This document shows, in pieces, positions 50,891-60,273 of a stretch of 64,000 nt of DNA. Position 1 is the first letter of the stretch, and each line of letters opens with the position of its first letter. Both the position numbers and the translations under genes were made by a program. The notes beneath the pieces were generated by a model. It saw nothing but the letters and a program-made list of their open reading frames with translations, was not told the DNA's origin and searched no databases. Source of the stretch: a virus (Duplodnaviria > Caudoviricetes); IMG/VR virus record IMGVR_UViG_3300046167_000798. The stretch is one strand, 5' to 3'.

Positions 50891-51799
50891 TTAATTACTT
50901 AATGGTGCTTTAATTGTTGGGTGATATTTGTATCCTTCTATTTCATAATCCCATTCTCCATTTAAAATATCTACGTTAGATAATTTTATTGTTGGTAATG
51001 TAAAAGAACTTCTTAATCTTTGTTCTTCTGCTTGTTCAATATGATTTTTATATAAATGAGTATCACCTAAGTTCCCAATCAGTTCACCTGGTTCTAAATT
51101 TGTTTCTTCACATAATAAGAGTAGTAGAGTACCATAGGATGCAATATTAAATGGTAACCCTAAGAATGTATCTACTGAACGTTGATTCCACATTAGAGAT
51201 AACTTACCATCGTTTACATAACATTGAAATCCATAATGACAAGGAGGAAGAACTACTAGAGGTAGTTCACTTACGTTCCAAGCTGATACCATCAATCTTC
51301 TACTATCAGGATTGTTCTTTATATTATCAATAAGTTCTTTGATTTGGTCTTTACCACCTTTGTTTATCTCACCTGCAACTGGTGACCATTCTCTCCATTG
51401 TTTACCATAGATTGGTCCAAGTTTACCCCAACTAGATGCAAATGATTCATCTTCTTTAATATGTTGTATAAATTCTTTTTGGGTAAACATATCATCATGA
51501 TATTCTGATGGATGTGCTTTACAATATGCTTTATACGCATCTCCATCCCAAATATGACAATTGTTATCAACTAAGTATTTGATATTAGTATCTCCTTTTA
51601 AGAACCACTTCAATTCAGTCATCATAGTTTTAACTGCCATCTTCTTTGTGGTTAGTAAAGGAAACCCTTCACTCATATCATGTCTAATTTGTTTACCAAA
51701 TACAGATATAGTACCTGTACCGGTTCTATCTCCCTTTTCTTTTCCTTCTAATAAGATATCTTGTAATATCCCTTGGTATCTTAAATCTAAACTATTCAT
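50891..51799 (-). CDS. thyA: Thymidylate synthase
   Basis: DRTGTGT, FPLLTTKK, LGPIYGKQWR, SRRLMVSAWN, LPPCH, QRSVD.FLGLPFNIASY, HLYKNH. Confidence 0.97.
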   Translation of the reverse strand: MNSLDLRYQGILQDILLEGKEKGDRTGTGTISVFGKQIRHDMSEGFPLLTTKKMAVKTMMTELKWFLKGDTNIKYLVDNNCHIWDGDAYKAYCKAHPSEYHDDMFTQKEFIQHIKEDESFASSWGKLGPIYGKQWREWSPVAGEINKGGKDQIKELIDNIKNNPDSRRLMVSAWNVSELPLVVLPPCHYGFQCYVNDGKLSLMWNQRSVDTFLGLPFNIASYGTLLLLLCEETNLEPGELIGNLGDTHLYKNHIEQAEEQRLRSSFTLPTIKLSNVDILNGEWDYEIEGYKYHPTIKAPLSN

Positions 51800-51800
51800 A

Positions 51801-52103
51801 TTATGCTGTCATTCCATCATAGGATTCTTCTCCTGCCTTTATTGGTCTTATAGAGTGTAATATTCTTTCTTCTGTATTGGTACTGATATAACAATTAGGA
51901 TTTTCACTATGATTGATAAATCCACCAAGAGGAGTTCGTACCCATTCTCTTCTTGTAGTTGAAACTGAGAATACATGAGTTTCACCAAATACTTCTCCAG
52001 CTGAGAAATCTCTCTCTGCAGTTAACCCCAAACCTTCAATTGCACTTCCCATTATTGTTAACCCTTCTGGCAATGGTCTGTATGTATCTTCAAATTGTTT
52101 CAT
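51801..52103 (-). CDS. SET-domain protein (C-terminal ELxxDY motif missing or garbled)
   Basis: SAIEGLGLTA.RDF.AGE, GGFINHSENPNC, R.IKAGEE. Confidence 0.8.
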   Translation of the reverse strand: MKQFEDTYRPLPEGLTIMGSAIEGLGLTAERDFSAGEVFGETHVFSVSTTRREWVRTPLGGFINHSENPNCYISTNTEERILHSIRPIKAGEESYDGMTA

Positions 52104-52639
52104 TTTAATTTTTTTGCTTTAAAAGTATTATTATCTAAACTATCCCATTCTATTCTTTCATCGGAATTGAAATGATTGGTAGTTATAAATTCATCATCTC
52201 TAATACAAATATGTGGACTGCTGTATATATTAAAGTTACGTTTTTTTAATTCTAATAATCCAGTACACCTAGTATGTACACACATATCCCAATCCATACC
52301 TCCAACTAAAATATTATCATCTTCAGTAAATACATTAAATATATTATCTGAATCTTTCATTCCATAATATTCTTCTCCTCTTTTATTAAGAACATATGAA
52401 TTAATATTATTTTCTTTTATATAACTATCAATTAAATAATGAGGATATTCATCATAATTTTGTTCACCTGCATTTGATATAACTATATTTTTGAATTCAA
52501 ATGAATTTAAATTATTTAGTAATTTATATATTGTTTTATCAGATAATATAATATCACACAAACCATTTGTTTTATAGTTATGTCTTTTTATAACATCATC
52601 ATTCCATAAATCTATTAATACTAAGTAATCAAATATCAT
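52100..52639 (-). CDS. Cysteine hydrolase (isochorismatase-like) fold protein
   Basis: LVLIDLW and ILVGGMDWDMCVHTR match the Asp and Cys catalytic motifs. Confidence 0.45.
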   Translation of the reverse strand: MIFDYLVLIDLWNDDVIKRHNYKTNGLCDIILSDKTIYKLLNNLNSFEFKNIVISNAGEQNYDEYPHYLIDSYIKENNINSYVLNKRGEEYYGMKDSDNIFNVFTEDDNILVGGMDWDMCVHTRCTGLLELKKRNFNIYSSPHICIRDDEFITTNHFNSDERIEWDSLDNNTFKAKKLK

Positions 52640-54019
52640 TTTATATTAGCTAATCTTTCTATTTCTTGTTTTATTTTTATATTCCAAGGCCCCCATGTAA
52701 TATTATCTACCATCCACTTTCTGTAATATGGTGGAATAGATGCAACAGGTTTACCTTTATACTTTCCAAAGGTCATATAAACTTTTTCTATATCACCATC
52801 TTCGTTTTTCTTTTCTGCAAGATTGATACCACCCTCTAAGTGGATTCCTATTTCATGCATTGGAATACCTGTAATTTGTTTTTTACCTTCTCCGAACAAT
52901 TCCCATTCTTCACCACCAGTATCTTTATAATATAGTTCCTCTACTTTACCAAATCTTTCAACTGAACCTACAAAATCTACAACTAAACAATCTTCTTTAT
53001 CATCGTGAATACGAGTTCCTCTACCAACAAACTGATACCACCAAGATATAGATGCGGTTGGTCTACCTGTAATCAAACAATCCAATTCAGGATAATCAAA
53101 CCCAACTGTAAGTACGTTTACTTGTACAATAACTCGTATCTGTTGATTCCTAAATTCTTCTATGATTCTTTTTCTATCTTCTTTAGGTGTACCACCATGT
53201 ACAACTGCTGCTTGTGGAATTCTTTTTGCAAGATTAGTAGCTTGTTCTATCGTTGGTACTGCAACTAATATAGATTTTCCTATCTTGTACTTCAGCAATC
53301 TTCTTTACAATCTTATCACCAATGTTTTGATTCTCATAAGAACGAGCAATAGAATCTTGTGTATATTCAGCACCACTCGAATTATAAACTAAGGCACCTG
53401 TATCGAAATCATATGATTGATATTCTAACTTACTCCAATAGTTTAACTTAACAATATCTTGAATCTGTGAAACATGAAGTATGTACTTAAAAAATACACC
53501 ATGTTTAGAACGATTCGTTAACATTACTAATTTAGAATACGGACCAGTATCTCCCATATTCGTTTGCAATTTCAAGGGGGTTGCAGTAAGACCAAGGACA
53601 TGAGTTGCTTTCATACCATCTACAAATCTCCTTAACTGTCCTGATTTGTTTCTTGGATACCTATCACACTCATCTATGATGATTTTACTGACCCCCATTT
53701 GTTTGAACTCGTGTGCAATATTGATTATCGAACCAATCGTTGCGTATGTTACACGACCCATTTCTTTACTACCAGCTGATGCTGAATAGATTGATGCAGT
53801 TCCACCAAGTGTTACGAACTTATTATAGTTTTGTTCTAATAACTCTTTTGATGGTTGTAGAACCAAAATCTTTTCACCAAGTTCTTTGGCGATTGCAGCA
53901 ATAACAATCGATTTACCGAAAGCAGTTGGTGCTACGATAATCGATGGTTTCATTTTTGGAGTTCGTAAAAACTCAACTCCAATTGCTACTGGTTCTATTT
54001 GATTTTCTCTTAATTTCAA
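52636..54019 (-). CDS. Superfamily 2 DNA helicase (RadD/UvsW-like), split by a frameshift near 53280
   Basis: APTAFGKS, IIIDECD, LGLTATP, VLTVGFDYP, QFVGRGTR; C-terminal MTFGKYKG domain. Confidence 0.9.
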
Positions 54020-54600
54020 AGTCCTAAATCTTTTCTAATATCCTCTTTTACTACTCTTAAGTATTTTGCTCTTTTCTTTTTATCAACAAATGGTACAGAC
54101 CAGAATTGTTTTGTTTTAAACCACCTTGATGGTTTCCATCCAAATACAAATGTATATACTCCCATTACTAATCTTAACTTAACTGAATTAAGATATAAAG
54201 TAACAACAGGTAACATCGGTGCTCCATGTGTAATATATGTTCTAACTTTCTTATCACTAAGAAATGGTTTTGGATAAGCATAGTATCCAAACAAAGGAAC
54301 AAATTTATATGCAAATCCTGGAGTGAATACCTCATCGAAGAATGTTTCCATCTTTGGAGTCATTCTAAACCACCACACAGGTGATACAAAGTAAATGTGA
54401 GTTGACCATGTAACCAATCTCTTATATTCCTTAATTAACTCTGTTCTATCACGATGTAGTTTATCATCATACACATCAATAACTTCAAACACTTCTTTGT
54501 GTCTTTTCATTTGTCTTACAATAGTTTTAAATATACCATTGTAACAAAATGATTTTTGGTCAGGATGTCCGATTACTACTAAATGTTTTTTTGTGCTCAA
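54016..54600 (-). CDS. Flavodoxin-like NAD(P)H:quinone oxidoreductase (Flavodoxin_2)
   Basis: VIGHPDQKSF, SPVWWFRMTPKMETFFDEVFTPGFAY. Confidence 0.85.
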   Translation of the reverse strand: MSTKKHLVVIGHPDQKSFCYNGIFKTIVRQMKRHKEVFEVIDVYDDKLHRDRTELIKEYKRLVTWSTHIYFVSPVWWFRMTPKMETFFDEVFTPGFAYKFVPLFGYYAYPKPFLSDKKVRTYITHGAPMLPVVTLYLNSVKLRLVMGVYTFVFGWKPSRWFKTKQFWSVPFVDKKKRAKYLRVVKEDIRKDLGL

Positions 54601-54601
54601 T

Positions 54602-54820
54602 TTACTTTAATTTATATTTCTTTTTATATCGTTCTACAAAAGAAATTCCTACTCCTATATCAAGTATTTCATTTTCTTTTGGTATAAGTGGTTTTCTTTT
54701 TGTGGTAGTAATTATATCATCAACTCGTGTGTTCTCAAATACTTCCATTATAACTCTTGAGTTTTTACGAGGGCCTTTATGAACCACTACTATTTCTAAT
54801 ATTCTATTTGTATTAGCCAT
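54602..54820 (-). CDS. Hypothetical protein
   Basis: 72-aa ORF in the array. Confidence 0.55.
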   Translation of the reverse strand: MANTNRILEIVVVHKGPRKNSRVIMEVFENTRVDDIITTTKRKPLIPKENEILDIGVGISFVERYKKKYKLK

Positions 54821-54969
54821 TAGTTATTAGACCATATATAATCATACAAATTAAAATACCACCCAAACCTAAACATCCAATTGTCAATACTTTCAAATTG
54901 TCTGAATATTGTTTATCACTTCTACCCTGCCTACTTCTATACTGTCTTACTTTTTTTGATTTTTTCATG

Positions 54970-55275
54970 TTATTCATCTTTTACAAATACACCACCAACT
55001 GTTTTACCTTTTCTATCAGCAATCTCATCGTATGCTAATTGTAAACATTCTGTTGGTGAATATCCTAACTGTTGTGCAAGGATAATAAGAGTTACGAAAG
55101 AATCTCCAATTCCATCTTTAATCTCATCTTCCTTTCCTTTGAGTAATGCTCCAGCAGTTTCGCCCACTTCTTCCATTACCTTTAACATTTGTTTTGGTGC
55201 GTTTTCAGGTTTATCAATACCCTTTTCTATTGCCCAATTTCTTACTTTAATTTCTAATTCTGTAAATGTTATCAT
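54970..55275 (-). CDS. MazG-like nucleotide pyrophosphohydrolase
   Basis: KVMEEVGE, IKDGIGD, AYDEIADRKG. Confidence 0.85.
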   Translation of the reverse strand: MITFTELEIKVRNWAIEKGIDKPENAPKQMLKVMEEVGETAGALLKGKEDEIKDGIGDSFVTLIILAQQLGYSPTECLQLAYDEIADRKGKTVGGVFVKDE

Positions 55276-55284
55276 ATTATTTAA

Positions 55285-55449
55285 TTAAATTTTATTATCG
55301 TGATGTCTTTCTTTAATCTTTTTATATTTCTTTTTAAGATTTTTAGCATCAGCTTGTTTTCTTTTTTCTACTGTATCAACAACTTCTTTAACTTTTTTTC
55401 TTTTCTCTCTTGCTGATTCTGATTTTTGTAATCGTTTTGCTCTATCCAT
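55285..55449 (-). CDS. Small basic protein (54 aa), not in the ORF track
   Basis: MDRAKRLQKSESAREKRKKVKEVV..., open frame filling the gap. Confidence 0.5.
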   Translation of the reverse strand: MDRAKRLQKSESAREKRKKVKEVVDTVEKRKQADAKNLKKKYKKIKERHHDNKI

Positions 55450-55459
55450 AATTTAGTTT

Positions 55460-55774
55460 TTAACATAATTCACATTCTGGCATAAACCAAACGATTAGTA
55501 TGATTACAATAATAGCGATTATTGTTACTAATACCTGAACTGGTTTATTTTGTTTTTCTTTCCAAGCTTTCATTCTCAATCCCCACTTTGTACCAACTCT
55601 ATCTGCCCAATCAAATCCTCTACCAACCAAATCGAATGGTGGTACTTTTAAAATGGTTAAAAAGAAAATAAGGAATCCTTCGAATCCATATCCTTCTTGA
55701 AACATCATCCATATAGATGCTACTAAGAAGTACCATCCAATATATTTCTGTAAGTGTTGTTTTATTTTATTCAT
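55460..55774 (-). CDS. Small membrane protein
   Basis: Two or three hydrophobic segments; C-terminal CELC. Confidence 0.55.
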   Translation of the reverse strand: MNKIKQHLQKYIGWYFLVASIWMMFQEGYGFEGFLIFFLTILKVPPFDLVGRGFDWADRVGTKWGLRMKAWKEKQNKPVQVLVTIIAIIVIILIVWFMPECELC

Positions 55775-56714
55775 AACTTGATGTATTTAATAATCCACTA
55801 TACTCACATTTATTAGAATTAATATATGGAAGTATAGATAATTCTTTTGCCTTAGCCTCAACCATAACATCTACATTGTTACCATATAAATCAGGTAACT
55901 CATTGATGTAATCAGAATGAGCCTGTGGTTTTAGTTTATCATTACCTTCGTGTAATTGTTTTGATTCTGAATAATGAACCATTGGTGTAATACCCTTAGG
56001 CCAAGTTGATATTGCCAACTCTAATGCTTCTTGTTCGGATAAATCACCTGTACAGAATTTGTGGTGATGATAATCAAATACAATAGGAATACCAATACGT
56101 TCATGTATGTACATCAAATCTTTTACTGAGTACATAGATGCTTTATCATCGTTCTCTACTGTTAATCTTGTTTGTACTGATTCTGGTAATCTCTCAAAGT
56201 TTTTACAGAATCTATCCATAGCAGATTGTTTATCACCATACACACCATTACAATGTATATTAAGTTTGTTGTATGGAGTACGAGATAATCCCATCATATC
56301 AAATACTTTACCATGTAATGATAAATCAGTAATAGTATTTTCTACAACGTGCTCACGAGGAGATACTAGTACATTGAATGGGCCAGGATGTGATGTAATA
56401 CGAATACCATTATCGGTAGCATATTTACCACAAGCTTGTAGTATTGTTTCGATACGTTTATAGTATGGAGAATTTTCAATACCATATTCAGAAGCCCAAG
56501 GAAATATATCCGAGGATAATCTGAAACATTTTATGTTGTGTTTATTGTTCCATTCTAGTATAGTGAATAAATCTCTAGCATTTTGTAAAGATAATTCACC
56601 AGCATAATCAATACCTTTCTCTAAGAAGGTACGTTTAATCATTGAACGATTAGTAGTAACTTTTGGTTTGTTTTTACCAAGAGTCATGTTGATACAGGCA
56701 TAACCTAAATTCAT
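55767..56714 (-). CDS. uvsE: UV damage endonuclease
   Basis: LGYACIN, FRLSSD.FPW, RITSHPG.F.VL, NIHCNG, LTVENDD, PIVFDYHHH, HYSES, AHSD, MVEAKAKE. Confidence 0.95.
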   Translation of the reverse strand: MNLGYACINMTLGKNKPKVTTNRSMIKRTFLEKGIDYAGELSLQNARDLFTILEWNNKHNIKCFRLSSDIFPWASEYGIENSPYYKRIETILQACGKYATDNGIRITSHPGPFNVLVSPREHVVENTITDLSLHGKVFDMMGLSRTPYNKLNIHCNGVYGDKQSAMDRFCKNFERLPESVQTRLTVENDDKASMYSVKDLMYIHERIGIPIVFDYHHHKFCTGDLSEQEALELAISTWPKGITPMVHYSESKQLHEGNDKLKPQAHSDYINELPDLYGNNVDVMVEAKAKELSILPYINSNKCEYSGLLNTSSYE

Positions 56715-56744
56715 AATATATAGTTTTACGTTTTATTTACAAAG

Positions 56745-56776
56745 TAAATATACGAAAAATATTTGATATATCCAAA
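56745..56776 (-). promoter_or_regulatory. Bacteroidota-type promoter upstream of uvsE
   Basis: TTTG-N20-TATATTTA. Confidence 0.75.
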
Positions 56777-56780
56777 TCTT

Positions 56781-57542
56781 TTATCTATTTTTTTTAAAAA
56801 AATTTGTTAAAACTTCCGCATGAATTTGATTTCCTACTTTACCATAATGAGAATCAGGATTTTTATAATCAGTTTCCCAACAAATAGGGCCTGCTTTATA
56901 ATCTTCCCAAATCATCCATCCATAGTTACGATAGTTAGGGTGAGCGTGATAAAATATCCATCTATCATTCGGTATTCTTCCTTCACTTACATAATCTGTA
57001 AATGTTCCACTCCAATCCCAATACCACAAATCAAATCCAACTAAATCACTAAGAGCTTCTATACTTTTAAGTTTTTGAAGAAAATCATATCTAGTAAATG
57101 AATACTCATCTCTGTTTATTAAAATATCTTCAATAGTTTTTTTTCTAACAAGTTCCTCTTCATCTGCTACATGGAATGTTTTAATATAATCTTCGGATAC
57201 AGCCCAATCAAATCTTGTTACATCAGTAAATCCAAACAAAACAATATCTCCTTTTTTAAAATCAGAACAAAAGTGATTTAAAAGATTTAGAGCCGAATCA
57301 TTACTATTACCACTATTTAGATGTTCTAATGTAATTCCTGTTTGGAAACAAGCATGATTTTGATATTGTAGATTTAGATTTCGTGATAATATTTCACCCC
57401 AAGAATCAAATACTTTACCATTAAGATGTTCTTTGATATATAACCATACTTGGTCATTATTATTTTTTCTTTCTGGCTTAATTTTAAATCGTATCTTGTG
57501 GTCCCAACTAAAACTATCACCAAATACCCAAAGTGTATTCAT
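56781..57542 (-). CDS. SGNH-hydrolase-like protein (paralog 3)
   Basis: VFGDSFS, GNSND, DSHYGKVGN. Confidence 0.5.
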   Translation of the reverse strand: MNTLWVFGDSFSWDHKIRFKIKPERKNNNDQVWLYIKEHLNGKVFDSWGEILSRNLNLQYQNHACFQTGITLEHLNSGNSNDSALNLLNHFCSDFKKGDIVLFGFTDVTRFDWAVSEDYIKTFHVADEEELVRKKTIEDILINRDEYSFTRYDFLQKLKSIEALSDLVGFDLWYWDWSGTFTDYVSEGRIPNDRWIFYHAHPNYRNYGWMIWEDYKAGPICWETDYKNPDSHYGKVGNQIHAEVLTNFFKKNR

Positions 57543-57901
57543 TATAGAGAAAAACTTTCACCACATCCACAAGTTCTTTGTGCATTAGGATTAGACCATT
57601 CAAATCCCTTACCATTCAATCCACTTGAATAATCTAATTGTGAACCATAAAGATATAAAGAAGATTGTTTATCTACTACAAGTTTTATAGTATCTAAATC
57701 AAATGATGTATCTCCATCTAGTGTATCTGATTTTTCTCCAAATTCCATGAAGTATTGTAATCCACTACACCCCCCACTTAAAACACCAACTCGTAGATGA
57801 TGTGTATCGGGTGATTTATTTTCTTCTTTTAAACTTTGTACTAGTTGGTTCTTTGCTCTATCTGTGATTGTAACACTCATGTTAATAAGTTTTTGAATCA
57901 A
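57542..57901 (-). CDS. iscA: A-type Fe-S cluster carrier (IscA/ErpA/HesB); likely start MSVTIT
   Basis: LRVGV.SGGCSGLQY, LDY..GL.GKGF...NPNA..TCGCGESF. Confidence 0.92.
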   Translation of the reverse strand: MIQKLINMSVTITDRAKNQLVQSLKEENKSPDTHHLRVGVLSGGCSGLQYFMEFGEKSDTLDGDTSFDLDTIKLVVDKQSSLYLYGSQLDYSSGLNGKGFEWSNPNAQRTCGCGESFSL

Positions 57902-59160
57902 AGTTATCAGGATACTTTGATTTATTAATTTGATTTTTTATTGTATCTAATGAATTTTGAGTACCTCCTTTATGATTTAACCAATAGCTTATTGCACCTC
58001 TATCATTAATCCATCTTTCTCTTTTATTCCAATCAAACCAAGGATGATAATAATAGGGGTCTCCTTTATAAGAGTTTTTCCAACCTACTGATTCATAAAA
58101 TTCTTTTTTTTCTTTTTCAGTTACAACACCATCTTTATCTAAATCAGCTTCATCATATTCTTCATCTTCTAAACCATCGTTAATAGTATTATCCCATAAT
58201 CCCATTTCTTGGTCATTATCAATTATGGTTTGTAGATGTTCTTCTGTATCATTCAATACATTATCTAAAGTTTCTTCTAAGCTTTCTATTTTAGAATCCT
58301 TATCATCACTATCATCATCTTCACCATATAACTCTCTCTTACGAACTACTTTATCTTTTTTTACGATTCCTCTATCAACCATTACTGCGTTGTTAAATGC
58401 AATTACAAGTGCAACTGCAAGTGGGTCAAATACAAAGATAATAATTAGAATAAACCAGTTAATAATCTGGTCCATAGGTCTATCTAATAATCCACTAAGA
58501 TATTCAAGTGGTCCTAATTCGGATGATACACCTTCCATTGATTCTAAATCTAATATCTTTAACTGAATAGATTGTAATGAATCCGATGCTACTTCTCTTT
58601 TCGCTTGAACAGATTTACGATTCTCTTCTTCAACTTCGATACGTTTTTGTGCCAACCTAAGTTCGGAAGTTGATATCGTGGTTCTAACGCCTCCAACCAC
58701 CGAGGTGTCTCGTACTTGGATTTGTTGAGATTTAGCATTGGAAAGAGTACCAATGTTAGTAGAAATTCTTTTAAGTTCTTCATCATATCTTATTACATCA
58801 TCACCCCAAAACTGTTCTTTCTGTTCTAGGAATGCTAATTGTTTTTCTTTTATACTGTATTGATTAAATGTATCTTGAAATGCAGATGTTAAAAATCCAT
58901 AGATACCTAATGATGTTATAAGGATTAGGATAACTACTGCAATACTTAGATAGATTCTAAATGATTTGTTTATCCTTTTCCCAATAGTTGTAAAGGTATC
59001 CTGCAGTAATAAGTTTAGCTAGTTCTAATGAACTTGCCATTATTATTACAGAAAAAGATGCACCAGCAAATAGTTTCGATAATCCACTTACCGAAAAGAA
59101 CGCAGCATTAAACGCTACAAATAATGCGGATAACCCCAATAATATTGTTCTAAATTTCAT
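57882..59160 (-). CDS. Multi-pass membrane, coiled-coil phage protein; three ORF fragments joined across indels
   Basis: Continuous reading AAFFSVSGL..SLELAKL..ITSLGIYGFLT..ELGPL.YL..IIFVFDPLAVALV; EF-hand-like loop DLDKDGVVTEKE. Confidence 0.7.
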
Positions 59161-59166
59161 AAAGAG

Positions 59167-59346
59167 TTACCCCCTTTCAATAAATTCCTTGACTTCTTCG
59201 AGTGATTTCTCAATTTGTTGTAAATAAGTACTAGCTGTTTTAGGGTCAGCTGGTCTTTCACCTGTTACCATTTCTTTTACTACTTTAGATTTGTTTACAC
59301 ATGAATCTAGTACGTTTGAAACTTTTTGTTTGTAAATATCTTTCAT
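59167..59346 (-). CDS. Hypothetical protein (59 aa), not in the ORF track
   Basis: MKDIYKQKVSNVLDSCVNKSKVVKEMV...; late-promoter motif 23 nt upstream. Confidence 0.6.
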   Translation of the reverse strand: MKDIYKQKVSNVLDSCVNKSKVVKEMVTGERPADPKTASTYLQQIEKSLEEVKEFIERG

Positions 59347-59385
59347 TTGATATAGTTTATTGTATAAGTATAAATATTAAGATAT

Positions 59386-59412
59386 AAAAAAAGGGGAAAT
59401 TAATCCCCTTTT
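59386..59412 (-). terminator. Rho-independent terminator after Hsp20
   Basis: aaaagggga..tcccctttt stem with U-tract. Confidence 0.7.
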
Positions 59413-59434
59413 CTTATTTTTGATTAATTGAGTT

Positions 59435-59806
59435 TTAATAAGAAATCTTTAAAGACTTTGCCTTTTTGTTTACTTTCTTATCAATGAGGAGAGTGAGTAA
59501 CCCATTATCAAATTTAGCAGTTGTTTTTGTACCATCGTAATCAGTACCAACTGTTAATACTAAATCAATCTCCTTAACAAAAGAAGAAGTAGCTTCTCCT
59601 TTTTTAGATTTGATTGTAATTTCCTCTTCAGTAACATCTACTGTAATATCTTTTGGATTATGTCCAATAGTGTTAATTGTAACTTGTTGTTTACCATCTT
59701 CTAATGTTGTTGCTTCAAATTGTGAATTCAATCTATCAGTTGGTTTTGTTGTATAGATATCCTTAAAAAAGTTATCTACGAAATTTTCATTAATTGTGTA
59801 AAACAT
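59435..59806 (-). CDS. Small heat-shock protein (Hsp20/alpha-crystallin)
   Basis: ITVDV.EE.ITI, AKFDNGLLTL. Confidence 0.8.
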   Translation of the reverse strand: MFYTINENFVDNFFKDIYTTKPTDRLNSQFEATTLEDGKQQVTINTIGHNPKDITVDVTEEEITIKSKKGEATSSFVKEIDLVLTVGTDYDGTKTTAKFDNGLLTLLIDKKVNKKAKSLKISY

Positions 59807-59876
59807 AATATTCCTTTTTTTAATTATACATTTACTATATATTGTACCAAATTCATACCAATCTATTTTGTCAAGG

Positions 59877-59928
59877 TATAGTATGACATTTTGTCAGTTT
59901 TGTAAGGTTATAGTATGACAAAGTGTCA
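59877..59928. promoter_or_regulatory. Tandem palindromic operator-like sites upstream of Hsp20
   Basis: TATAGTA-TGACA-N3-TGTCA occurs twice, 32 bp apart (palindromes 59884-59896 and 59916-59928). Confidence 0.6.
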
Positions 59929-60273
59929 TTCTGTGTCAGGTTCGATTTCAAGACCGGTTAAGGCTCTGTATAATATTTCTAAAGATTCTTCGTTCATACA
60001 AAACCCCAATCCATTTGAATTTGCAAGTTCTACTATAAACTCTCCCTTCTTTATACCAAACTCTTCATATTCATCATCTGAACTAGATACTAGAGTAACA
60101 CAATCATCTTCAGGATTATCCTTTGGAATAGGTAATACATAATATGTGTGATAAAGTGGTTCGCCTGATTCTTCATCATATCCATCTTTTTCACTATACT
60201 CTTCCCACTCTTGTCTTTCAAAAGTTTCTTTGGTTATGGGTACTAATGGAAACTCTATGAAATCTTTTTTCAT
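59926..60273 (-). CDS. Hypothetical acidic protein
   Basis: 115-aa ORF in the array. Confidence 0.6.
   Translation of the reverse strand: MKKDFIEFPLVPITKETFERQEWEEYSEKDGYDEESGEPLYHTYYVLPIPKDNPEDDCVTLVSSSDDEYEEFGIKKGEFIVELANSNGLGFCMNEESLEILYRALTGLEIEPDTE

Noticed and set aside
50891-51799. ThyA as a dCMP hydroxymethylase for DNA hypermodification
   Set aside because: It retains the Asn of PFNIASY typical of dUMP-specific thymidylate synthases
54813-54968. Small TM-peptide ORF restored by shortening an A7 run
   Set aside because: Plausible, but it depends on an assumed indel and has no recognisable motif; not listed as a feature
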